Origin: Nitrospirota bacterium
GTDB lineage: Bacteria > Nitrospirota > UBA9217
Length of the DNA: 11,817 nucleotides
NCBI GenBank assembly: GCA_029858565.1
Contig: JAOUEV010000084.1
Span: 1 to 11,817, forward strand
Reading direction: 5' to 3'
The stretch's first letter is position 1. Each line of letters begins with the position of its first letter. The translations under genes were made by a program, and so were the position numbers. Below are positions 1 to 7,558 of this stretch, in pieces. The notes beneath the pieces were generated by a model. The model was not told the DNA's origin, made no database searches, and was given only the letters and a program-made list of their open reading frames with translations.

Positions 1-228
1 CTCGGCCGCCCCACCGTCCTGGGAACCTCCCGGAAACGCTTCATCGGGACGGTGCTGGACCTGCCGGAACCGCAGGACCGCGCCGCAGGAACAGCCGCGA
101 CCGTTGCCCTGGGCGTTGCAAAAGGCGCCCAGGTCCTGCGGGTCCACGACGTTGCGCAGATGGCCCAGGTGGCGCGCATGACCGATGCGATCGTGAGGAG
201 CGGCAATCTACAGACAGGTAACGGATGA
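1..228 (+). CDS. folP: Dihydropteroate synthase, C-terminal fragment (5' end outside window)
   Basis: Not in the ORF track. My frame +1 translation is LGRPTVLGTSRKRFIGTVLDLPEPQDRAAGTAATVALGVAKGAQVLRVHDVAQMAQVARMTDAIVRSGNLQTGNG, ending at TGA 226-228. It carries the DHPS motifs G-x-SRK-x-F and RVHDV, and folP commonly lies upstream of (cdaA-cdaR-)glmM. Confidence 0.95.
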   Translation, partial: LGRPTVLGTSRKRFIGTVLDLPEPQDRAAGTAATVALGVAKGAQVLRVHDVAQMAQVARMTDAIVRSGNLQTGNG

Positions 229-306
229 GCGCGATAGTGCTTTACTCGTGATCGGACTATATCCGGCCATCGGGTTGCCGATAGCTCGCTGCCGGGTTCA
301 AACACC

Positions 307-1104
307 ATGTTCAACTACTTTATTGAGACAAAGAACGCCCTTCAGCACTACCGCTGGTTCCAGGACACCGTCGATATTGCGCTGGTGTACTACATCATTT
401 ACCGGCTGCTGCTGATCATCAAAGGGACCCGCGCGTTCAAGATGCTCGTGGGCATCGGCCTGATCGTCATTACCCTGGTCGCGTCGCGGACGCTTGAGTT
501 CTACACCCTGGACTGGATCATCTACAGCTTCTGGTCGCAGATCGTCATCGCCGTGGTCATCATCTTCCAGCCCGAGATCCGCCGCGCGCTTGCGCAGATG
601 GGCGAACGCCGGTTCTTCAAGACCCTCTCGCCCGTGGAAAGCTCGAAATTCATCGAGGAGATCGTGAAAGCCTCGGTCTCCATGGCGAACAAGCGCATCG
701 GCGCGCTCATCGTCCTGGAGCGGGAGACGGACCTCACGACGATCGTGGAAATGGGCACGAACCTGGACGCCAAGGTATCGAAGGAGCTGCTGACAAGCAT
801 ATTCCTCCCCTATTCGCCCATCCACGACGGGGCAACGATCATCCGGGGCGGACGGCTGGTCGCCGCTGGATGTTTCCTGCCCCTCACCCTGTCGTCGAAC
901 ATCTCCAAGGCGCTCGGCACGCGCCACCGCGCTGCCGTGGGCCTCACCGAGGAGACCGATGCCGTGGTGGTCGTGGTGTCCGAAGAGACCGGAGAGATCT
1001 CGATCGTCATGGACGGTAAGATCGAGGCCGGCATCGACGCGCCGAGGCTCAGGAAACACATCTCCGACCTCTTTGTCCGCGAGATATCGGAGCGAAAGGC
1101 ATGA
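307..1104 (+). CDS. cdaA: Membrane-bound diadenylate cyclase CdaA (DacA), c-di-AMP synthase
   Basis: Three N-terminal hydrophobic segments, FQPEIRRAL linker, and a DAC domain with GALIV, the catalytic HDGA and GTRHRAA motifs, and VVVSEETG. Confidence 0.96.
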   Translation: MFNYFIETKNALQHYRWFQDTVDIALVYYIIYRLLLIIKGTRAFKMLVGIGLIVITLVASRTLEFYTLDWIIYSFWSQIVIAVVIIFQPEIRRALAQMGERRFFKTLSPVESSKFIEEIVKASVSMANKRIGALIVLERETDLTTIVEMGTNLDAKVSKELLTSIFLPYSPIHDGATIIRGGRLVAAGCFLPLTLSSNISKALGTRHRAAVGLTEETDAVVVVVSEETGEISIVMDGKIEAGIDAPRLRKHISDLFVREISERKA

Positions 1105-1766
1105 AATCGATGGACTTCCGCAGACTGTTCCTCGAAAACTGGCAGACCAAGCTGATCTCGCTGGTCCTGTCGGTGACGCTCTGGTTCTATGTGACATCAA
1201 AAGGCAAGACCGAGATCTCCTTTACCGTGCCGCTGGAGCTCAGGAACATCCCCCAGGGGCTGGCCGTGGTGGGAGATGTTCCGGCAACGCTCGAAGTGAG
1301 GGTACAGGGACAGGAGCGGCTCCTTCGTGACGGGAACGTCGGCCGCAAGATCGCCGGCACCCTGGACCTCTCCCAGGCTCGCGAGGGAGAGAACACCCTC
1401 CGTCTCTCTCCGGACGACATCCGGAGGCCTTCAGGGATGTCCGTCACCCATCTTGCGCCCTATGACATCCGCGTTTCCCTTGAGCGGCTCATCAAGCGCT
1501 CCGTGCGGCTCCGGCCGGTGTTCACCGGAGAACCGGCGGGAAACCTTCGCGTCGTGAGCTTTTCCGTGACCCCGCCGAGAATAACCGTGGAAGGGCCGGT
1601 CCGCGCCATGAAAGGGCTCACCGCGCTCCCGACCCTGCCGATCGACGTCTCCGGACTATCGGGCCGGACAACAGTGAAGCCGCGCATTGACTATCAGGGT
1701 CGCCCGGTCAAGATCCTTGACCAGGACATTTCTGTCACCCTTGTCGTTCAAAAGGAGCGTCCATGA
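1101..1766 (+). CDS. cdaR: CdaR (YbbR-domain) regulator of diadenylate cyclase
   Basis: N-terminal NW-x-x-KLISL...LWFYV anchor followed by two YbbR-like repeats ([10 protein letters not shown]...LDLS and P-PRITVEGP...TLPIDVSG). ATGA overlap with the cdaA stop, and located between cdaA and glmM. An alternative start is ATG 1110. Confidence 0.9.
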   Translation: MKSMDFRRLFLENWQTKLISLVLSVTLWFYVTSKGKTEISFTVPLELRNIPQGLAVVGDVPATLEVRVQGQERLLRDGNVGRKIAGTLDLSQAREGENTLRLSPDDIRRPSGMSVTHLAPYDIRVSLERLIKRSVRLRPVFTGEPAGNLRVVSFSVTPPRITVEGPVRAMKGLTALPTLPIDVSGLSGRTTVKPRIDYQGRPVKILDQDISVTLVVQKERP

Positions 1767-3112
1767 GAAAACTGTTCGGAACCGACGGCATACGAGGCGT
1801 CGCGAATCAGGATCCCATGACCTCGGAAATGGCCCTGCGCATCGGACGGGCGGCCGCGCACATCTTCCGGGATTCGGTCCGGCGCCACCGTGTCGTGATC
1901 GGCAAGGATACCCGTCTTTCCGGGTATATGATCGAGAGCGCTCTGACCGCGGGGCTGTGCTCCATGGGCATGGACGTCCTGCTCGTGGGTCCGGTTCCCA
2001 CGCCGGGCATCGCCTTCCTGACGCGCAGTCTCCGCGCGGACGCGGGCGTGGTCATTTCCGCTTCCCATAATCCCTACGAGGACAACGGGATCAAGTTCTT
2101 CGGCCGCGACGGATTCAAGCTTCCCGACACCCTGGAATCCAGGATGGAAGGGCTCATCTTTTCCGGAGAGATCGACGCGATCCGGCCGACGGCCTCCGAG
2201 ATCGGCAGGGCAGTGCGCATCGACGACGCTCTCGGCAGGTACAATGAGTTCGTCAAGTCCTCGATCCCCCGGGGCATGGACCTTACCGGCCTGCGGGTCG
2301 TGGTGGACTCGGCGAACGGGGCCGCCTACAAGATCGGCCCCAGCATCCTTTCCGAACTGGGCGCTGATGTCATTTCCCTCTACGACCATCCCAACGGCAT
2401 GAACATCAACCAGGGATGCGGATCGCTCCATCCCGAGATGATCTCCCGCGCGGTCATCGCGAACCGCGCCCACATCGGGATCGCCTATGACGGCGACGCC
2501 GACCGCATCATTCTCTGCGACGAGAACGGCAGCGTCGTGAACGGCGACGCGGTCATGGCGCTCTGCGCGATCCATCTCATCAAACAGGGCAGGCTTCGCC
2601 ATAACACCGTGGTCTCCACGGTCATGAGCAACATCGGACTGGAACTGTCCCTGAAGGAAGCCGGAGGCAGGCTCATTCGCGCCGCGGTGGGCGACCGGTA
2701 TGTCATGGAAAAGATGCTCGAAGGCGGATACAATTTCGGCGGCGAGCAATCCGGCCACATCATCTTCCTCGATCACAACACCACGGGCGACGGACTGATC
2801 ACGGCGCTCCAGATCCTCACCATCCTGAAGCAGGAGAACGCGCCGCTCTCCCTCCTCGCCTCCCGCATGCGCAGTTTTCCCCAGGTCCTGGTCAATGTGC
2901 GGGTACGGGAGAAACAGGACCTGGCCGTCATACCGGAGCTTGCGCTCCGCATCAAAGAGATCGAAAAAACGCTGAACGGCACCGGTCGTCTGCTGATCCG
3001 GTATTCGGGCACGGAACCCAAACTGCGGATCATGCTCGAGGGAGAGCAGGAAGACGAGATCCGGGGCTATGCGAACGAGCTTGCCGGTCTGGTCAAGCAG
3101 CATCTGGGATAG
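1763..3112 (+). CDS. glmM: Phosphoglucosamine mutase
   Basis: LFGTDGIRG start, [10 protein letters not shown], catalytic SASHNP, metal loop DGDADR, GGEQSGH and RYSGTEP. AAGGAG Shine-Dalgarno just upstream and ATGA overlap with the cdaR stop. Confidence 0.97.
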   Translation: MRKLFGTDGIRGVANQDPMTSEMALRIGRAAAHIFRDSVRRHRVVIGKDTRLSGYMIESALTAGLCSMGMDVLLVGPVPTPGIAFLTRSLRADAGVVISASHNPYEDNGIKFFGRDGFKLPDTLESRMEGLIFSGEIDAIRPTASEIGRAVRIDDALGRYNEFVKSSIPRGMDLTGLRVVVDSANGAAYKIGPSILSELGADVISLYDHPNGMNINQGCGSLHPEMISRAVIANRAHIGIAYDGDADRIILCDENGSVVNGDAVMALCAIHLIKQGRLRHNTVVSTVMSNIGLELSLKEAGGRLIRAAVGDRYVMEKMLEGGYNFGGEQSGHIIFLDHNTTGDGLITALQILTILKQENAPLSLLASRMRSFPQVLVNVRVREKQDLAVIPELALRIKEIEKTLNGTGRLLIRYSGTEPKLRIMLEGEQEDEIRGYANELAGLVKQHLG

Positions 3113-3114
3113 GG

Positions 3115-3142
3115 TTGCTTTTTCCCGCCTCTGTGCTACACT
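3115..3142 (+). promoter_or_regulatory. Putative sigma70 promoter for the 3228 gene and comEC
   Basis: TTGCTT (3115-3120), 16-nt spacer, then extended -10 TGc-TACACT (3134-3142). AGGAGG SD at 3214-3219 precedes ATG 3228. Confidence 0.6.
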
Positions 3143-3227
3143 CTACATAATCGGAAAATTGGCAGCCTGAACAAGTTCGGTTCGTCAGCACCGGCAATCG
3201 GGCAGTGTTTTTTAGGAGGCGGTAAGA

Positions 3228-3656
3228 ATGGAAAGCAGTCATCGTGTCATTCTCCGGTTCGTGGACGGCAAGATGCTCAAAGGACTGGTCAAGGAGCTGA
3301 AATTGACCGAAGATTACCTGTTCCTTGAGGATGAGTCAGACCACCAGCTCAAGGTCCGGCTGAAAGAGCTGAAGGCGATCTTCTTTGTAAAGACCTTTGA
3401 AGGCAACCGCACGCACCAGGAAAAGAAGACCTTCGCCAACACGCCGCCGGCCTCGAAGCGCGTCTTCGTCAAGTTCAAGGACGGCGAGACCATGATGGGG
3501 TTCGTGGAGGGAGAGATCCCGTGGCAGCGGGGGTTCTTCCTGGAATCCATGAAGGAAAAAGGCTTTTATCTCATCCCGGTTGACGAGGACAGCAACAACA
3601 TCAAGATCCTGATCATCACCTCTGCGGTCAAGGATGTGGCAATGATCGGATCGTAG
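3228..3656 (+). CDS. Conserved hypothetical protein, DUF6982-like, with two internal Sm/Hfq-like repeats
   Basis: Strong SD and good codon usage. Internal duplication RVILRFVDGKMLKGLV / RVFVKFKDGETMMGFV. The LKAIFFVK-x-FEG motif matches my recollection of DUF6982 proteins, which is unverified. Confidence 0.8.
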   Translation: MESSHRVILRFVDGKMLKGLVKELKLTEDYLFLEDESDHQLKVRLKELKAIFFVKTFEGNRTHQEKKTFANTPPASKRVFVKFKDGETMMGFVEGEIPWQRGFFLESMKEKGFYLIPVDEDSNNIKILIITSAVKDVAMIGS

Positions 3657-3691
3657 CAGACCTGCCGCAGAGCCATGCCCTCCTCTCCCTC

Positions 3692-6235
3692 ATGCCGACA
3701 CCGCTCATGCTCACGGCCCTGGCCTTTCTGGCGGGGATAGTCCTTGCCAGCGCCTTCCTGTATTTTCCCTGGACCGCACTGACCATACTGTTCCTCGCAT
3801 CGTCTGCTGCCGCATGGTCCTTTCGTCAGGACCGCCTAGCACTCCGGACCATTTCGCTCCTATCGGCAACAGTCCTTTGCGCCGCAGGCCTGACGGTCCA
3901 TGCGGTGACCTATCTTCCCGAAGACCACTACACCAGGACGATCGCCCTGGACGGAACGCTGCGCCGTACAACAGGGACCGTCGTCTCGCCACTGGAGCGT
4001 GAACGCGGCAGGACCGCCTTTCTGCTCGCGGTCAGCAGCATCGACGGCCGAAGCACAACAGGAACGGTCAGAGTGGTGCTGAAAGAGGAACAGCCATCGA
4101 TCGGTTACGGGGACCGTGCCGAGATCGAGGGAAAGTTCTATCCGGTCCGCGGATACCGCAATCCCGGCGGTTTCGACTATCCGGCGTACCTGGGCCGTCA
4201 GGGCGTCTTTGCAGTCCTGAGCGTCAGGACAGGATCTACGCCCCTGGTGAACGAACAGGGCAGCGGTCTGTTCAGGACCATGCAGGACTGGCGCGAGCGC
4301 ATACGGCAGGCACTTCTCCGTTCAACATCAGGCCAGGGATCAGCAGTGCTCCAGGCCATGATCCTGGGAGAGGAAGGCGGCCTCACGAATGACCTGCGGG
4401 ACATCTTTCTCTCAGCCGGAGCAACGCATATCCTTTCCATCTCAGGATCCCATCTCGGCCTTGTGGCCGTCTTCTGCTTCTGGCTGGCCAAAGGCCTTTT
4501 CTTCCTGCTTCCGGAACGGTTCTATCACCGCCTGACGATCGTTGTTGATCCGCGGAAGGCAGCCGCCCTGCTTGCCGTTGTCCCGATCGTCTTTTATGCG
4601 CTCCTGGCCGGCGGCCAGCAGGCCACGATCCGCTCCCTGATCATGCTCATCGCGGGGTTCACCGCCCTCCTGCTCGACCGGGAGCACGCCATGTTCCAGG
4701 CCCTGGCCATCGCAGGACTGATCATCCTGGTGCCGGACCCGCAGGCGGCATTTGATATTTCCTTTCAGCTTTCGTTCCTGTCCGTTGCGGCGATCCTGTT
4801 TGTCGTGAATACCGCAAGCGCTGTTGCGCCCGCCGCAGTTACCTGGCGGGAACGGGTCAAACGAGACGCTTTCCTTATGCTCGCGGTCTCACTCGCGGCC
4901 ACGATCGCCACAGCTCCGCTGGTCGCCTATTATTTCAACCGCCTTTCCCTCTGGGGCATCCTGTCGAACATGATCATCGTTCCCTTTGCCGGTTTTCTGG
5001 TCGTTCCGCTCGGGCTGCTTTCAGGCGTCCTGTCCCTTGTCCTGGGTTCGCTGCCCTTCCCTGGCCTGAACCAATGGGCCGGTGATGCCTTTGTCGCCCT
5101 GACCTCGTTCTTTGCCGGTCTTCCCGGAGCAACTGCAGCCTACCCCGCTCCAGGCGCGGTCTTTGCCGTTGCCTACACCGGCTTGATCCTTTCCGCTGCG
5201 TGGTTCATACGCCGCCGCTTGCTGTCAGCTGCGCGGCCATTCGAGCATCCCGCAGGACCGTCAGTAAAGGCCCGCGTCGTCGCTCTGGCGTCCTTCAGCC
5301 TGCTGGTGCTGTCCCTGGTCCTTCCACTGCTCCGGAACAACGGGGACCGGCTTGTGTTCCTTGATGTCGGTCAGGGCGATTGCTGTCTTCTGGAAACCTC
5401 CGAGGGGAAACGCATCCTGATCGACGGAGGAGGCGCCGTGGACAATCGTTTCGATGTTGGCCAAAAGGTGGTCGCGCCCTTTCTCGGGAACAGGAACATC
5501 GGAACGATCGATCTGGCAGTGCTCTCCCATCCCCATCCGGATCACATGAACGGCCTTGCTTCGCTTTTGCGGACCGTAGCGGTCAGGGAGGTCTGGACCT
5601 CGGGCCAGGACCTGGCCGTAGAGGGATATGAAGACCTTCGAAAGACCGCGGAGGAGCGCGGCACGATACTCCGCGCTGTGGATGCGGGCCACACACGTTC
5701 CTGGGGAAGGACCGCGATCGAGGTGCTCCATCCCGGCCGCGGCTTTGATCGCGCGGGACGCCGCGCCTATGAGGCCGAGAACAACCGCTCCCTGGTCATC
5801 AGGGTATCGATCAACAACAGGCGGCTTCTCTTCCCCGGAGACATTCACAAGGAGGCGGAGCGCTTTCTGGCCCGGACAAACCCCGATCTCCGGAGCGACC
5901 TGCTCAAGATACCGCATCATGGCAGCAAGAGCTCAAGCACCGATGGGTTCATCGCGGCTGTACGGCCATCGATCGCGGTCATGTCCGTGGGAGCGGGCAA
6001 TCCCTACCGTCAGCCTTCGAACGAGGTGGTCGACCGGTATCTCGGATCAGGCATCAGGCTGTACCGGACCGACCAAGACGGCGCTGTTCTGGTCTCGCTG
6101 GACAAAGGAGGACTCTCGGTCATTCCCTGGGACGCGCTCATTCTCAGAAGAATACGGCCGGGGGAGCCTGGTTCATGGTTTCACGGGGAACTGGAGAACT
6201 GGAAGCGCTTATGGATCAGGAGAGAGGCGACTTGA
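3692..6235 (+). CDS. comEC: DNA internalization competence protein ComEC/Rec2
   Basis: OB/DUF4131 region with RNPGGFDY, Competence domain with G-x-x-HILSISGSH and SFQLSF, many TM segments, and a C-terminal metallo-beta-lactamase domain with DVGQGD, LIDGG, SHPHPDH, NNRS, GDI, PHHGS and RTDQDGA. Confidence 0.96.
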   Translation: MPTPLMLTALAFLAGIVLASAFLYFPWTALTILFLASSAAAWSFRQDRLALRTISLLSATVLCAAGLTVHAVTYLPEDHYTRTIALDGTLRRTTGTVVSPLERERGRTAFLLAVSSIDGRSTTGTVRVVLKEEQPSIGYGDRAEIEGKFYPVRGYRNPGGFDYPAYLGRQGVFAVLSVRTGSTPLVNEQGSGLFRTMQDWRERIRQALLRSTSGQGSAVLQAMILGEEGGLTNDLRDIFLSAGATHILSISGSHLGLVAVFCFWLAKGLFFLLPERFYHRLTIVVDPRKAAALLAVVPIVFYALLAGGQQATIRSLIMLIAGFTALLLDREHAMFQALAIAGLIILVPDPQAAFDISFQLSFLSVAAILFVVNTASAVAPAAVTWRERVKRDAFLMLAVSLAATIATAPLVAYYFNRLSLWGILSNMIIVPFAGFLVVPLGLLSGVLSLVLGSLPFPGLNQWAGDAFVALTSFFAGLPGATAAYPAPGAVFAVAYTGLILSAAWFIRRRLLSAARPFEHPAGPSVKARVVALASFSLLVLSLVLPLLRNNGDRLVFLDVGQGDCCLLETSEGKRILIDGGGAVDNRFDVGQKVVAPFLGNRNIGTIDLAVLSHPHPDHMNGLASLLRTVAVREVWTSGQDLAVEGYEDLRKTAEERGTILRAVDAGHTRSWGRTAIEVLHPGRGFDRAGRRAYEAENNRSLVIRVSINNRRLLFPGDIHKEAERFLARTNPDLRSDLLKIPHHGSKSSSTDGFIAAVRPSIAVMSVGAGNPYRQPSNEVVDRYLGSGIRLYRTDQDGAVLVSLDKGGLSVIPWDALILRRIRPGEPGSWFHGELENWKRLWIRREAT

Positions 6236-7124
6236 TCGGATAGACCCTGAGGAAGTTCAGGAACTCCTTGGCGGTATGGGTGCTGTAGTTCCGTTTGGGG
6301 GAAATGATGCTGAAGTTGCGCTGGAACTTGAGATCCTTGAAGGTCGTCGCCTTCAGCAATCCCTGCTTGAGCGTTTTACGAGCGGCCCAGCCCGAGACAA
6401 TGGAAACGCCGATGCCTTCTTCCACCGCGCCCTTGATCGCTTCAGTGCTGCCCATGACCAGGGCGATCTTGAGCTGGTCGATCTTGATGCCGTGGTCCTC
6501 GAGGTGCTTGAGGATGACCTGGCGCGTGCCCGAGCCCTCTTCGCGAAGAATGAGCGGTTCCTTGGTCATTTCAATGGCCGGGATGTTCCTGCGCTCGGCC
6601 CAAGGATGTGCCGGCGACATGATCAGCACCAGCTCATCAGCGATGAGCGTTTCCACGGAAAAGCGCTGCTTGCTCACGTCGCCTTCCACCAGCGCGATAT
6701 CGATCTCGCCGGCGTTCAGCTTTTCGGTGATGGTCTTGGTGTTGGAAACGACCAGGGAAATGTGGACCTGCGGCACTTTTTTCTTGAACGCGGAAATGAT
6801 CGAGGGCAGAAGGTAATTGCCGATGGTGGAACTGGCGCCCACGGAAAGGGACCCCTTGATCGCGCCGGTGATCTCGCTGATGTTCCGCTGCGCCTCGGCG
6901 TAGAGCGCAAGGATCTCCTTGGCCCGTTTGTACAGGATCTCGCCGGCCGGGGTCAGGTTGATCGTGTTGCCCGAACGGTCGAAGAGACGGGTCTCATAGA
7001 GCTCTTCCATGGCCTGGATCTGGAGGCTCACCGCCGGCTGGGTCAGGTGGATGAGCTCGGAGGCCTTGGAAAAGCTCTTGGTCTCGGCAACAGCGCAGAA
7101 GACTCTCAGTTTATGATCTTCCAT
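6216..7124 (-). CDS. LysR-family transcriptional regulator, CysL-like subgroup
   Basis: HTH SFSKASELIHLTQPAVSLQIQAMEE...LFDR, and an effector domain with GASSTIGNYLLP, DIALVEG, LILREEGSGTR and STEAIKGAVEEGIG typical of CysL/YeiE-like LTTRs. Its 3' end overlaps the comEC 3' end by 20 bp. Confidence 0.95.
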   Translation of the reverse strand: MEDHKLRVFCAVAETKSFSKASELIHLTQPAVSLQIQAMEELYETRLFDRSGNTINLTPAGEILYKRAKEILALYAEAQRNISEITGAIKGSLSVGASSTIGNYLLPSIISAFKKKVPQVHISLVVSNTKTITEKLNAGEIDIALVEGDVSKQRFSVETLIADELVLIMSPAHPWAERRNIPAIEMTKEPLILREEGSGTRQVILKHLEDHGIKIDQLKIALVMGSTEAIKGAVEEGIGVSIVSGWAARKTLKQGLLKATTFKDLKFQRNFSIISPKRNYSTHTAKEFLNFLRVYPIKSPLS

Positions 7125-7174
7125 ACCGGAGCGACGACTCCCCTCGACCAGCGCATTTTTACTGCGGACTACTA

Positions 7175-7203
7175 GTTATAAAGCAACCAGTATTTTTTGT
7201 CAA
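7175..7203 (-). promoter_or_regulatory. Near-consensus sigma70 promoter of the LysR gene
   Basis: The minus strand reads TTGACA (7203-7198), 17-nt spacer, TATAAC (7180-7175), about 50 nt upstream of ATG 7124. Confidence 0.85.
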
Positions 7204-7213
7204 GCGGATAAAC

Positions 7214-7331
7214 CTGATACAGGCTCGAGAACTCGCTGCCTGCAGAGCCTCGTGACTTGACAACTGCCTGTTGAAACGCGGTTTTCATCATGCATCCGGA
7301 CCGTTTGCAGGCGGCAATGGGACTGTATCAG
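7214..7331 (+). other. Long imperfect hairpin (~118 nt), candidate structured RNA or degenerate palindromic element
   Basis: Nested stems: 7214-7222/7323-7331 (9 bp perfect), 7224-7227/7318-7321, 7235-7246/7304-7315 (12 bp), 7251-7255/7288-7292 and 7258-7267/7278-7287. Six G-U pairs form on the + strand. Confidence 0.55.
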
Positions 7332-7516
7332 CGCTCTTCCACGACCACCCGGCTTTTTACGAGCGAGACCTCGCGTATCTCTCCGTGAATGCGCTTTTCC
7401 TCTCCAAAGAGGTTCCTGAGCACCACATCACCGCCCTCGGTCCTGATATAGTTCACGGCCTCCAGGACCATTTCCTCTACATCTCCTTGTTTTCTAAAGG
7501 CTTTCAGATCGCACAC
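7328..7516 (-). CDS. cooT: CooT-family nickel-binding protein
   Basis: 62 aa with GTG start and AAGGAG SD. Cys at position 2 and the pattern E-x-V...EG...L-x-N-LFGEEK...G-x-I-x-EV-x-L characteristic of the CooT family. Confidence 0.8.
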   Translation of the reverse strand: MCDLKAFRKQGDVEEMVLEAVNYIRTEGGDVVLRNLFGEEKRIHGEIREVSLVKSRVVVEER

Positions 7517-7558
7517 CGTAAGCTCCTTTCGTTCCTGCGGCTGTTCACAAGCATCCGC

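Noticed and set aside
229-306. Small hairpins upstream of cdaA (ATCGG-gttg-CCGAT, CCGGC/GCCGG) as a c-di-AMP riboswitch
   Set aside because: The region is too short and lacks ydaO-type conserved motifs. Stems of 5 bp are expected by chance at this GC content.
298-1200. 300-aa minus-strand ORF opposite cdaA
   Set aside because: Antisense shadow of a clearly conserved gene. High-GC codon bias suppresses stops in this frame, and no motif is recognisable.
1748-3103. 451-aa minus-strand ORF opposite glmM
   Set aside because: Same antisense-shadow effect, with typical D/H/V/R-rich composition and no family motifs.
5628-7175. 515-aa plus-strand ORF spanning the comEC end and antisense to lysR
   Set aside because: It is an alternate frame of comEC joined to the lysR antisense shadow, with no coherent protein features.
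7172-7330. Selenocysteine read-through of the cooT TGA (frame stays open about 51 codons to TAG 7174-7172, with a hairpin adjacent)
   Set aside because: CooT is already full length at 62 aa, the TGA does not align with a conserved Cys, the hairpin favours the opposite strand, and the extension would run through the lysR promoter.
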